Shown here: one piece after another, positions 19,248-28,972 of the stretch
Position numbering within the stretch: the stretch's first letter is position 1
Layout of the letters: the number at the start of each line of letters is the position of its first letter
DNA from: a virus
Taxonomy: Duplodnaviria > Caudoviricetes
Reading direction: 5' to 3' (one strand)
DNA: 52,356 nucleotides
Virus record (IMG/VR): IMGVR_UViG_3300022218_000002
Coordinates: 1-52,356 of that record
Translations under genes and position numbers: made by a program
Notes under the pieces: generated by a model
Told to the model about the DNA's origin: nothing
The model's input: only the letters and a program-made list of their open reading frames with translations
Databases searched by the model: none

Positions 19248-21281
19248 ATGACGGATTTAAAACAGATACTAAGGATTGCTGACGCTATAGAAAATATTGG
19301 TTTAGGTCAGCTAGCTATTGAACCGACCATAGACCCTACTCTGGGTTTTAAGATGGTAGGAGCTAAAGATCATACAGGCGGGGTACAACGTTTTTTAGCA
19401 AAAGGAAAGCCTGGTTTATTGGATACGCTTGTCCTTAGCGGTTCTACAACAACAGATACGTCCGGACTTTTACGTCACGACAGTTTTGGTTCTGTTGTAG
19501 GCGGTTTGATACCCTTAGCTACGTTGAACAGTCTTATAAGCGACGCGACGCTAGACGATTCCTCTTCCGAACGTCCGCCGTCGGATCATGCTACGAGCCA
19601 CGAACCCGGTGGTAGCGATGCTATAACGGTTCTTCCAGACCATGCTTCAACACATAATGTTGGCGGAAGCGATCCGATAACAACCGTTGTGGAACACGCC
19701 GCTACTCACGAAGACGGCGGTACGGATGCTATTGATATTTCAAACATTTCTGGACAGTTAGCAGACCCGCAGATACCTGAAGCTCATAGGCTAGGTGGTG
19801 CGTACCACACCGCAGATCTTTTAGCTAACATTAACGCTTTGATTTCTGACGCGACTCTTGACGATACTAGTACGCCTCGAATGACGCCTATGACCATGGG
19901 TTGGGAAGATATTTTTTCGTACAGTTTAGACTTCAATACTACAACGCGCATCCTAACTATAGATGTACCGACTAACCCGGTTCCACGAGCTTATTACAAA
20001 CACTGGCAGTTCGGTATTGAATACAACAAAACGTCTCCTGAACAGATAACATTACCAGACGAAGAAGGCTGGCATTTTGTGTATTACGAACTAGGTGTTC
20101 TACAGCGGGTAAAGAACCCGACAAGAGAGGACGTTCTTAACAAGATCAGAAACAACCCTCTTGTTTGTTACATCTATTGGGACGCGACAAATAAGGTCGT
20201 GGTTAGGTTTCTTTTAGAGCCGCACACTATAATTATGTCCACAGGTACACACTCGAATATGCATTCTACATCCGGCGTCAAATTCAGTCGAGGTCTTGCG
20301 TTGAACAGTATTGTACCAGACAGTACAAGTCCTTCGGCTGTTAATGGTCAGTTCGGAGTAGATTCCGGTTCGTTGGCGGATGAGGATGTGCCTGGTTTTC
20401 CGAACGGTTTTCTATCGACAGTAGGCACTTCTATTCTAACGTTTGAGGGCGCCGTCTCGTCACCCGATTTGCGTACAAATACGAATGGTACGTTTTCTTT
20501 CTTACAGGGACCAAACGGAAGGCTGGTAATTCAAGAGGATGTTGGCGGAACGTATGTTAATACTGAGTGTACGGATAACATGTACGCAGCTTATCACGTT
20601 TACGGAGACAACAGCCTTGACCCAGACAATGCAATATTCACAGTTCCAGGGCGTTCCCAGCACACCACGGTTGCTGATGCTGTTGCTGTTGCCGAGTCGG
20701 AAAGTATCACCATAAAAAGCGACGGTAAGCTAGGTCCCGAGATCTTACGTATTGGTAGCGTCATTTTTAGAACGAGGACTGCCTACGCGAACCCAGCTAT
20801 CTACACAACACCTGACGGAGGAGACTACCTGGACTACAGGTTCGCGCAAGGTGGTGCCGGTGGTGCCGCTACAACAGCACAGCAGCTTAATGATTTAACG
20901 GACGTTACAGCAGCAACACCGTCCCACGGGGATAGGCTTGCTTACGACGGAACACTAGCCGTCTGGGTTAACACACCGTATAGGGGCTGCTGTCAAAAAG
21001 TAACAAACGTGAGTGCTGCAACGTATACAGCTCTGTCAACGGACGACACGCTAGACGTCACCTACGTTGGTGTCACAACAATAACACTACCTATTGCAGA
21101 AGTTCTTAAAAGCGGGAGAATGCTCCGAATAAGAGACAACCGTTTTGCTGCGTCGTTGAACAACATAGTTGTAGAAACAGAAGGTAGCTCAACTATAAAC
21201 GGTGAGAATAACTTGGTTATCAACAGCGACGGTACATCAGTTGATTTGCAGTCTGACGGTACAAACTGGATGGTAGTTTAA
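19248..21281 (+). CDS. Putative tail fibre/appendage protein with HxxxH-GG repeats
   Basis: Three HAxxHxxGGxDxI repeats, a duplicated LISDATLDD motif, LNDLTDV and a C-terminal SDGTNW. Confidence 0.6.
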   Translation: MTDLKQILRIADAIENIGLGQLAIEPTIDPTLGFKMVGAKDHTGGVQRFLAKGKPGLLDTLVLSGSTTTDTSGLLRHDSFGSVVGGLIPLATLNSLISDATLDDSSSERPPSDHATSHEPGGSDAITVLPDHASTHNVGGSDPITTVVEHAATHEDGGTDAIDISNISGQLADPQIPEAHRLGGAYHTADLLANINALISDATLDDTSTPRMTPMTMGWEDIFSYSLDFNTTTRILTIDVPTNPVPRAYYKHWQFGIEYNKTSPEQITLPDEEGWHFVYYELGVLQRVKNPTREDVLNKIRNNPLVCYIYWDATNKVVVRFLLEPHTIIMSTGTHSNMHSTSGVKFSRGLALNSIVPDSTSPSAVNGQFGVDSGSLADEDVPGFPNGFLSTVGTSILTFEGAVSSPDLRTNTNGTFSFLQGPNGRLVIQEDVGGTYVNTECTDNMYAAYHVYGDNSLDPDNAIFTVPGRSQHTTVADAVAVAESESITIKSDGKLGPEILRIGSVIFRTRTAYANPAIYTTPDGGDYLDYRFAQGGAGGAATTAQQLNDLTDVTAATPSHGDRLAYDGTLAVWVNTPYRGCCQKVTNVSAATYTALSTDDTLDVTYVGVTTITLPIAEVLKSGRMLRIRDNRFAASLNNIVVETEGSSTINGENNLVINSDGTSVDLQSDGTNWMVV

Positions 21282-21291
21282 GGAGACAACA

Positions 21292-21750
21292 ATGAGCAAC
21301 GTAATAAACCCAACTCTAGACAGTGCGACACTTTCGAACAGAACACAAGAAATTGAGCCGGTCGTTAACCACGAGAGGTATGAAAAACGAGAGGAAGAGG
21401 ATCTAGCTAGCGCTGCATATTACGAGTACTTTGACTATGCGACGTTTAAGGCCAGCGTATTCCAGTTTATTGTTAGCTCGAATGGAACAACTGGAATAGT
21501 GACGTTAACAGTAGAGGCGACGGTACAGAATGACGGAACAGCAGCTGCAAGCGTAACCGAGTACGTTGACGTTACAAATGCTGCGTTCGGTTCCGCATCA
21601 TTTGTGTCTGGAGAAGGCGTCGACGACGACTTTCTACTTGTGGACAACGCTGAGTATCTAGCTTGCTTTAAGTATGTGCGTTTGAAGATCGTCATAACTG
21701 GGTCGTCAAGCGATGTTGGTTATACTGTTCATCATAACAGGATATACTAA
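21292..21750 (+). CDS. Hypothetical beta-rich virion protein
   Basis: AAGGAG RBS; FKYVRLKI motif; lies within the fibre module. Confidence 0.5.
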   Translation: MSNVINPTLDSATLSNRTQEIEPVVNHERYEKREEEDLASAAYYEYFDYATFKASVFQFIVSSNGTTGIVTLTVEATVQNDGTAAASVTEYVDVTNAAFGSASFVSGEGVDDDFLLVDNAEYLACFKYVRLKIVITGSSSDVGYTVHHNRIY

Positions 21751-21751
21751 A

Positions 21752-24265
21752 ATGAGCCGCCTTGTTAAAAATACGCTGTATGCGGAGCGTTTGTCGGGTT
21801 GTACTTTTTCAGAACGTTTCGAGAACGTTTCTTCTGTTGTGGACAACAATGGCAGCCTTAATGGAGATCCGAAAATTAAAGTAGGTGCCGATTTAGATGG
21901 TTCGCTAGACAGTATCGAGTATTCTTTAACAGGCGCGGAATTTTATAGCGATAATTTGAGTATTGTTTTTGAGTTCACACCTCGGTTCGGAGTCACGGCA
22001 GACGCACATTATTTTTTCGACTGCAATGTCGGCGCAAGAACAACACTGGTTAAAAACTCTCCAGCGTCTAGTAATCAAATAACGTTGATACTAGGTAACT
22101 CGACGTTTTTGCAGATAGCTCAAGTCACGTATGAGCCTTTTTGGAGAACCAATGAACGTAACGTTTTTGTTATTTCTACAGTAAGCGGAAATACAAAAGC
22201 TTGGTTGAATGGCGGCCTAGTCAAGGACGACCAGGTTTCTACTTGGTCTAAGAAATCCGCGACACGCTTTTACTGCGGTGTTGCCAATACAGGTTCTTCG
22301 CCTTTTGATGGTATTATTCATTCGTTTAAACTTTTCAATACGCTGTTAACAGAAGAAGATGCGCAGCGCTATTACGCTCAGACTGTTTTCAAGTACAAGT
22401 CTGCTTCAACTGTAGATTTGCCGATGTGCCTACGCCAGCACGACCCGACCGGTGTGGACGCTGTAACTAACCGGCGTGAAGTTCCTTACAATCTTTTAAA
22501 AGATGGTGATATGGAAGATAACGGTTATAGCGACGAGCGTTTAACAAACGGAGACTTCAGGTCTTGGACCGGCGACAATCCAAACGATTGGACAATCGAA
22601 GGTACCGAAACAGGCGGCAGTTTTGTTACTGAACCGGTTGGTGGTTCTGCTTGCCGTATTGTTTCTGACGGGTCCTATATCGGCGTTAGCCAATACACGT
22701 GTGAGACCGGAAAAGTTTATCGTGTGACTTTTAATGTTATTGAAGTCGACACCGACTTTGTTGTCTACATAGGAGCGAGTACTAACGTTGTTGTTGATTC
22801 TGTTGGTGCAAAAGTAATAGACATAAAAGCGAGCGCTGACGAGCCTTTAAGGATTGTCCGGAATTTTTCGACAGGAGCTGTAGACTTTACGATATCCGAC
22901 GTTACTTTAAAAGAAGTGACTAATCAAGAATGGCCGTTGGCGGCTGGCGCAGTTTTTATAACAAAGGAATCCGACAGCTATTCTGGTAACCAAGCTTTAC
23001 AAATAGCAGACGCTGGTTCTTCTGGTTCTGCTGGACAAACTGCTTTGACCGTTGGTAAGAAATATCGTACAGGTGGTTGGGCTTACGGCGATTCAGCTAA
23101 CGGTATTCCGAATATTGGTAACAACGGTAATGGGCTTTCTTGGGTAGGGCAGAACCTTGCGACGTGGCAACAGGTGCACAAAGAATTCTTGGTGTTCGCG
23201 GGCTCTTCTGCTACGTCGTATAGACCGGCTGTTTCCGGGGGATCCGTTTTAGGTTCGTTTGCTAGGTTCGATGAACTTGAACTTTACGAACTTTTGAATC
23301 TTGTTGTCGACGGGGATATGCGCAATAGTGACGCAGACGCTTGGCCAGAAAAAGGCGGCGCTACTGTTACGAAAGAAGCCGAAGACGGCGTTAATAGTTT
23401 ACGAGTCACAGGTGGTGTAAACAGCTACGCGAATCAAATAGGAGCTACAGTAGGCCGCCTTTATTTTTACGCGGGCAAAGTAAGATCCGACGGTTCTGCC
23501 ATACCGGAATTTTACGGAGCGAGAGGTCCACAAGAGTGGACAGGAACAGCTTCGACAGAATGGCAATATTTTTCACTAATTTCTGGAGGTGTCGCCACCA
23601 CAACGCGAATAGTCGCTTTACTCAATAAAACAGCTGGCTACACGGAATGGGGCGCTATATTCGCTGAAGAAGTTAAACCTTCTACGCTCGATTTAAGTAG
23701 GGAGAAAAATAACTTTTCTTTTGGCGACAATATTACGTCTTCTACTTTCCCAACTAAACTTCCTGACAAGGGCTATAGCTTTGACGGAACGCAATACATG
23801 TCGTTGGCTTACCCAGCGCTTAATGCAGTAGACGATTGGACAATGTCCGCTTACGTTAATCCAGCGACAACGGCAACAACGCAAGCTGTTTTACTGAACG
23901 GTAATTCTAGCCTTTGCGGATACGGTATTTTCGTACTTTCCGGGAATTGGGTTGTCCTGTACCCCGGTGTAATACCGGCTACTGTAGCAGCCGTAACAGT
24001 CGGGCAGTGGCAACATGTAGTCGCCACAAGAAGAAGCGGAACTCTGTACGTTTACATCGACGGTGTAGAATACACAAAAACATCTTTAGAACCGAATGAA
24101 CCTATCTGTTCGTCTACATCAAAAACAACAATAGGTAGCAACCAGGTTTTCGGAGATAAGTTTACTGGCAGTATCAGCGACGTGCTTTTTCTAGACCAGT
24201 CGTTGACTTCTCTACAAGTACAAGATCTTTATGCGCACGTCACTAAAAGAGGTGTACAATGTTAG
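21752..24265 (+). CDS. LamG/concanavalin-like adhesin with internal carbohydrate-binding-like repeats
   Basis: C-terminal LamG pattern (YSFDG...WQHVVATR...VYIDG...IG...FTGSISDV) and internal NLLKDGDME, RLTNGDF and NLVVDGDM repeats. Confidence 0.7.
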   Translation: MSRLVKNTLYAERLSGCTFSERFENVSSVVDNNGSLNGDPKIKVGADLDGSLDSIEYSLTGAEFYSDNLSIVFEFTPRFGVTADAHYFFDCNVGARTTLVKNSPASSNQITLILGNSTFLQIAQVTYEPFWRTNERNVFVISTVSGNTKAWLNGGLVKDDQVSTWSKKSATRFYCGVANTGSSPFDGIIHSFKLFNTLLTEEDAQRYYAQTVFKYKSASTVDLPMCLRQHDPTGVDAVTNRREVPYNLLKDGDMEDNGYSDERLTNGDFRSWTGDNPNDWTIEGTETGGSFVTEPVGGSACRIVSDGSYIGVSQYTCETGKVYRVTFNVIEVDTDFVVYIGASTNVVVDSVGAKVIDIKASADEPLRIVRNFSTGAVDFTISDVTLKEVTNQEWPLAAGAVFITKESDSYSGNQALQIADAGSSGSAGQTALTVGKKYRTGGWAYGDSANGIPNIGNNGNGLSWVGQNLATWQQVHKEFLVFAGSSATSYRPAVSGGSVLGSFARFDELELYELLNLVVDGDMRNSDADAWPEKGGATVTKEAEDGVNSLRVTGGVNSYANQIGATVGRLYFYAGKVRSDGSAIPEFYGARGPQEWTGTASTEWQYFSLISGGVATTTRIVALLNKTAGYTEWGAIFAEEVKPSTLDLSREKNNFSFGDNITSSTFPTKLPDKGYSFDGTQYMSLAYPALNAVDDWTMSAYVNPATTATTQAVLLNGNSSLCGYGIFVLSGNWVVLYPGVIPATVAAVTVGQWQHVVATRRSGTLYVYIDGVEYTKTSLEPNEPICSSTSKTTIGSNQVFGDKFTGSISDVLFLDQSLTSLQVQDLYAHVTKRGVQC

Positions 24266-26157
24266 ACGTTGTTTCTAAGCTTAAGAATGAGGGTGTTTTA
24301 AAGCTCTATCACGAATACCGTACAGGCAGCTTCCAAGACCTTTCTGGCAACGCTAACCACGGAACACCAGCTGAAATTTATTGGGCTGGAAACAGTCTAG
24401 GGTTCAATTTAAACGGAGGTGTTGTAACTGTTGCTGATTCTGCTGAATTGCAAGGAACCGAGTTCACGCTAATAGTCGGCGGGTACTTTAACGAACCACT
24501 CGGCGGAGAACGTCTTATCTCTAAAAGAGATGCTGGCGGAACAAACTACGACATGTCTTTTTCAACTGGTCCGCTAAGAATAAGTCTTTATGACGGTTCA
24601 ACAACGGACCACGTAAACTACGATATGACAGGAAGCCGTTACGTAGCTATAAACACCGCTAGTGGTGGTTCCTTCTCAGCTTACGCTAACGGTCTTTATA
24701 TTGGCGACTCTTCCGGTTCGCAAGTTATCACGCCAGACGACGCCGACATAAAAATCGGTAACTATTATAACAGTGGCTTGAATACGCGTTCAACACTAGA
24801 CTACGTTTTAATCGTGAACAGGCTTTTAACAGAAACAGAGCATGCCGTACTTTACGCGGAACTGTCTGCTAAAAAATTCAGTAGTAAAGCATACACTGTC
24901 GCAGCTTCAACACCACCTGTGGATACGGCAGATAGCAGCCTTTTGCTTGCTTTAGATATGCGTGCTGTAGGCGGTAAAGTCAAGGACCTCACCGGTCAAG
25001 GCCAAGACGGAACGATTCTAAACGGAGCCTACACAAAACAAACAAGCCTAGGTCCTTGCTTACACTTCGATGGCATCGAAAACGCTGTCGACTTAACAGG
25101 TTTTATAACAGGTGCAAGCGACAGGACTGTCGCCTTCTGGGTTAAAGCGACACAAGACAAGGCGCTTTCCTACCTTATGGATTCGGACTCTTCACGTTTG
25201 ATATTAGCTTGGAATACCAGCACCGTCGGTAAAATTGGTTTCTACGACGGTTCTTGGCACGACGTGGCAAACAGCCCAACTAATAACGTTTGGCACTATG
25301 TTGTTTACGTTTTTAACGAAGAACTTTGTAGCATCTACATAAATGGCGAACAAGTTGGTTCTGCTACGCCGTACAACGTAAGGTCCGTAGGCGGTAATGT
25401 TGCTATCGGTTCAGCAGCCAGTTTTTCTAGTGACTTTTTTCCTGGTGATATTAAAAAAGTTAGTGTTTACTCTTCTGCTAAGTCTTCCGCTTGGATTTTA
25501 AACCAGTACCTTAAAAGTACTGTAACCAATTTTAAGACTGAATACGGTGCTAAAATTCCTATTAATATTTCTTCTGCCGGTGAACTCCTATCTAACACGC
25601 CTTTTGTTGTTAACACCGGAGCTTTTACCTTACGTGAAGAAGGTAGCTTGAAAGTAATACGCTGCCAAACAAACGGTGTACTGTGCGTCGAGTCTTCAGT
25701 TTTTAGGCAAGAACCGTCGGAGTCCGCTTACGGCGGTTGGAAGTTTTACTTTAATGTAACATCCACAAGCGGACTCATATACGCAATGTTTGTAAGCGAC
25801 GGTGTCGGAACCTATAATAGCCCGAACACTAACAACTACCATGTACCTTTGACAGAAGCTGGTACCGTATTGCTGAGAAAAAATACGCTAGGTTCTGTAA
25901 CCCAACTTTTTGCTAGTGCACCGGGGGTATTCGACACGGATGAATTTAATCAGTTAGAAATAAAAAGAGATCCTTACGGTTCGTTTTATGTTTACCTGAA
26001 TAACGAGCTTGTCACAACGGCCGCTGGTTCCAATCCTACAATAGACAATACACACACACTATCACGTTACATTTGTTTTGAGATGGATGCTGGCGACAAA
26101 ATAGCTTATTCCGACACTAAGGGAAGCTATAGTATAGTTAAAAAAGTTTTACCATAG
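24259..26157 (+). CDS. Second LamG-domain adhesin
   Basis: QDLSGNANHGT, KDLTGQGQDGT and LHFDG...WHYVVYV...IYINGE...FFPGDI motifs. Confidence 0.72.
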   Translation: MLDVVSKLKNEGVLKLYHEYRTGSFQDLSGNANHGTPAEIYWAGNSLGFNLNGGVVTVADSAELQGTEFTLIVGGYFNEPLGGERLISKRDAGGTNYDMSFSTGPLRISLYDGSTTDHVNYDMTGSRYVAINTASGGSFSAYANGLYIGDSSGSQVITPDDADIKIGNYYNSGLNTRSTLDYVLIVNRLLTETEHAVLYAELSAKKFSSKAYTVAASTPPVDTADSSLLLALDMRAVGGKVKDLTGQGQDGTILNGAYTKQTSLGPCLHFDGIENAVDLTGFITGASDRTVAFWVKATQDKALSYLMDSDSSRLILAWNTSTVGKIGFYDGSWHDVANSPTNNVWHYVVYVFNEELCSIYINGEQVGSATPYNVRSVGGNVAIGSAASFSSDFFPGDIKKVSVYSSAKSSAWILNQYLKSTVTNFKTEYGAKIPINISSAGELLSNTPFVVNTGAFTLREEGSLKVIRCQTNGVLCVESSVFRQEPSESAYGGWKFYFNVTSTSGLIYAMFVSDGVGTYNSPNTNNYHVPLTEAGTVLLRKNTLGSVTQLFASAPGVFDTDEFNQLEIKRDPYGSFYVYLNNELVTTAAGSNPTIDNTHTLSRYICFEMDAGDKIAYSDTKGSYSIVKKVLP

Positions 26158-26165
26158 GAGTAGAC

Positions 26166-26519
26166 ATGACCGCAGACAAACTAACAGAATCTGTAATCGA
26201 GGATATTAGGTCGACCAAAGGTCAACTAGGCGGAATATACACTAGACTCGGGGAACTGGTAACAGCTTCGCAAGTGCTGGCGACACGCATGGATTACCTT
26301 GTCACTGAAACAACAATGTATACAGCTATCGAAAAAGAAGTAGACAAAAAGCTAGCCATTCACGATGCTATTTGTAAGAACAGTAATACTAACAAGAAAA
26401 ATTCTTCTACCAATATTAAAAGACCTTCGCAAGCTCCTCTTATAGATTGGAAGCGAGTAGCAAAAATAGGTGCTTTTATTGGCGCTGGAATTGCTTCGTA
26501 TCTAGCAGGTACGTTATAG
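26166..26519 (+). CDS. Hypothetical protein with C-terminal hydrophobic helix (possible holin/membrane protein)
   Basis: AGGAG RBS; C-terminal IGAFIGAGIASYLAGTL. Confidence 0.45.
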   Translation: MTADKLTESVIEDIRSTKGQLGGIYTRLGELVTASQVLATRMDYLVTETTMYTAIEKEVDKKLAIHDAICKNSNTNKKNSSTNIKRPSQAPLIDWKRVAKIGAFIGAGIASYLAGTL

Positions 26520-26534
26520 CCACAGGAGGACAGA

Positions 26535-27599
26535 ATGCATTATACAGAAGGCGACGGACGAGTCGAGGTATCACCGGACGTATACGAATTTATCGACCAA
26601 GATTTACCGTTGGTAATCGGAACTGTTGACTTATCCGAATGGAACAACGCGGTCCAGTACGAAATAATACACGCTATTGAGGAAGCGGGTTTAACGCCTG
26701 CGGCAGACTCAACAGCAGATAGAGCGGACGGCTTCCGACAATTAGCGGAAGCGGTTTTCAACTCAGCAGCAATAGGAACAAACGCATTAGCTTCTGGTGC
26801 CGTTACTGACGTCAAGGTAGCTAACGTTTCTGTTAGTAAGCTAATCGATGGTACACTAAACATAAAAACAGGGGACGATGAGTGGGGGCAAACTGTTCTA
26901 GGATTAACTTACACAAAGCACGATGGCGCAGCACAGAAAAAGAACACAACACTAACACCAGCAATACTGTTAAGTCAGGACTTCGACACCGGTTTTTCTG
27001 CTTTGCTTTCTAACGACGACAAAAAACTGCTCTTGTCACAAGGTTCCGTTTCGAACAACATGGCTTACAACCTTATACAGCTGACAGAAAGCACGGACAC
27101 GCTACTAATGCAGGCCGCGTCTGTTGTTAGCACAACAAGCACTAACAGAGCAGCTTTAACAGGTAACCTTGGTGCTGTTACGCTCGGACCTTCGTCTATA
27201 CGTACAGAACTCACTTACAGGGGTTTGCGTTTTACAGGCTCTTCCGCACCCGGAGAGACTTTTGGTAACAACGTCCTACGCAGAGATGCTTCTTACCAGA
27301 TAACAACCGGAACGTTCACAGAAGGTTCGTTCGGTAATTGGTTCTACGGCGCCGGTAATTTCGATTCTGACATACCAGACACGTGTAATATACTTAACGG
27401 CTACGCAAGGTACACAAACGTAGGTGGACAGATTTGCGCTTCGCAACTGTTCGTGTACAATGTTGTGTCGGAAACAGGAACTCGATCGTTTAACTTTAGC
27501 ATCAGAACAGATGTTAGTGGGGCAGCGGGCGAACCAGACATTGCGGCAGGCGTTTATATAACTGTTGTTTACGATGCGCAGACACTGTCTCTACCTTAA
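26535..27599 (+). CDS. Tail fibre with Mu gpS-type baseplate-attachment N-terminus
   Basis: WNNAVQYEIIHAIEEAGLTP...QLAEA resembles Mu/P2-like fibre N-termini; AGGAGG RBS. Confidence 0.65.
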   Translation: MHYTEGDGRVEVSPDVYEFIDQDLPLVIGTVDLSEWNNAVQYEIIHAIEEAGLTPAADSTADRADGFRQLAEAVFNSAAIGTNALASGAVTDVKVANVSVSKLIDGTLNIKTGDDEWGQTVLGLTYTKHDGAAQKKNTTLTPAILLSQDFDTGFSALLSNDDKKLLLSQGSVSNNMAYNLIQLTESTDTLLMQAASVVSTTSTNRAALTGNLGAVTLGPSSIRTELTYRGLRFTGSSAPGETFGNNVLRRDASYQITTGTFTEGSFGNWFYGAGNFDSDIPDTCNILNGYARYTNVGGQICASQLFVYNVVSETGTRSFNFSIRTDVSGAAGEPDIAAGVYITVVYDAQTLSLP

Positions 27600-28016
27600 T
27601 TTGTAATTTGAGTTTGGAATACACGTCTCAATTTCGAGCTTATCCTCAAGACCAAAGCTACCAGACTCCTCGGCGAATCTTTGCCTCAATTCTTGTTTGT
27701 CTTCATCCTCGCTAGGTAGCAAACAGTCGCTACAAACAAAGTGCCTTTCTCCGGGTACAATACGCGTACTGAGTGTAAGCCTTCCACGATCGCGCTCTGT
27801 TGGCGGGTTACCGCAAAGCGTACAAAGCTTAGACGGCGGCTGTCGTACACGCCGTTTTTTTATCAGGTTGTCGCCATACCTTTCACGAAAATATTTTTGT
27901 ACTGTTCTGTAAGTAACGCCAACAGCAATTGAGCAACCTCGCATACTGATTCCTCCGGATTCGAAAAGTTTATATGCTTTTTCCATGCGTTCTTCGACTT
28001 TTTTCTGGCTAGTCAT
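27591..28016 (-). CDS. HTH plus Zn-ribbon protein (possible transcription regulator)
   Basis: ISMRGCSIAVGVTYRTVQKY is HTH-like; CTLC...CSDC Cys pairs. Confidence 0.5.
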   Translation of the reverse strand: MTSQKKVEERMEKAYKLFESGGISMRGCSIAVGVTYRTVQKYFRERYGDNLIKKRRVRQPPSKLCTLCGNPPTERDRGRLTLSTRIVPGERHFVCSDCLLPSEDEDKQELRQRFAEESGSFGLEDKLEIETCIPNSNYKLR

Positions 28017-28689
28017 TGCTCGTCCAATGTATGCAGTTAAACCTTTCTTCCTGGCTTATTAGGTGCTCAACAACTCGTCGACCGTCAGCGTGTTTGGAAT
28101 AGTCCCTGTGGGCAACAATACCCGGCTCCGGTTTAGCGCGTAAGCGCCATAGCTTAATCCTAGGTTGCCCTGCATTAAGGTGCCTAGTCGGAAATTCGTA
28201 CGGTATTCCGAAGAAGTTTGCTAAGAAAGGAAATAGCCTTTCTGCGGTGCGTAATTGAGCGTACGACAGATCTGCATAACCTTTCGTTCGCCCTTTTGGA
28301 CAGTGTGTCCACCACTCCGGTTTAATGATGTCCTGTCCAGGATAAGACAGGTTAGGATAATAACCATTAAGAAAAACGACACCAATAGCGTTTGGGTTAA
28401 GCCGACCGCCATGCCAAAGCTTGTCGCGAAGGTCCGCTAGTTGATAGATAAAGCCTGCTATGTCTACAACAAGGTGATAAATGTACCTCATGTTTTTTGC
28501 ACGCTTTAAAAATTTGTGTACGTTAGCAGTACCGGCATTTTCGTGGCTTACTAGCCATCTGTAGTCCTGTATAATACCGCGACTTTTAACGAGCGGTACA
28601 TCGCGAGAATTGAAGTTGGTAACTCTTATCCCTTCACCTTCCGGCATACCGATCGAACGCCCGTCGAGTATCAAGCCGTCTACGCTCAT
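28009..28689 (-). CDS. N-acetylmuramoyl-L-alanine amidase (Amidase_2-like), probable endolysin
   Basis: SHENAG, YHLVVD..G.IYQL, WHGG..N..AIGV and GIVAHRD motifs. Confidence 0.75.
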   Translation of the reverse strand: MSVDGLILDGRSIGMPEGEGIRVTNFNSRDVPLVKSRGIIQDYRWLVSHENAGTANVHKFLKRAKNMRYIYHLVVDIAGFIYQLADLRDKLWHGGRLNPNAIGVVFLNGYYPNLSYPGQDIIKPEWWTHCPKGRTKGYADLSYAQLRTAERLFPFLANFFGIPYEFPTRHLNAGQPRIKLWRLRAKPEPGIVAHRDYSKHADGRRVVEHLISQEERFNCIHWTSND

Positions 28690-28958
28690 GGTGTCACACC
28701 TCTATTAGCGATTTCGATGGACTGGTAAACAATCGTTGCCTGTAATTTTTTTGCGAAAGCGGTAAGTGTTTGTATGGCTTCGCTTTGCGTTTTAAATTCA
28801 GCCTTCAAAACTTCGTTTTCTTTTTCAAGCTTTTCAACTTCCGTCAAGGCTCTATCTCGTTCGTGTTCAACTCTTAACTGTTCTTGAGGAACTCGCCTTA
28901 CATCCGAATTCGTTTTGCCTTCCTTTGGAGTTTCGATTGTTTTATTTATTGTACTCAT
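28686..28958 (-). CDS. Hypothetical coiled-coil protein
   Basis: AGGAGG RBS; heptad-like sequence; overlaps the amidase start. Confidence 0.55.
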   Translation of the reverse strand: MSTINKTIETPKEGKTNSDVRRVPQEQLRVEHERDRALTEVEKLEKENEVLKAEFKTQSEAIQTLTAFAKKLQATIVYQSIEIANRGVTP

Positions 28959-28972
28959 ACTATCCTCCTGCT

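Noticed and set aside
19248-27599. Diversity-generating retroelement or invertible fibre cassette
   Set aside because: I saw no reverse transcriptase, invertase or template/variable repeat pair.
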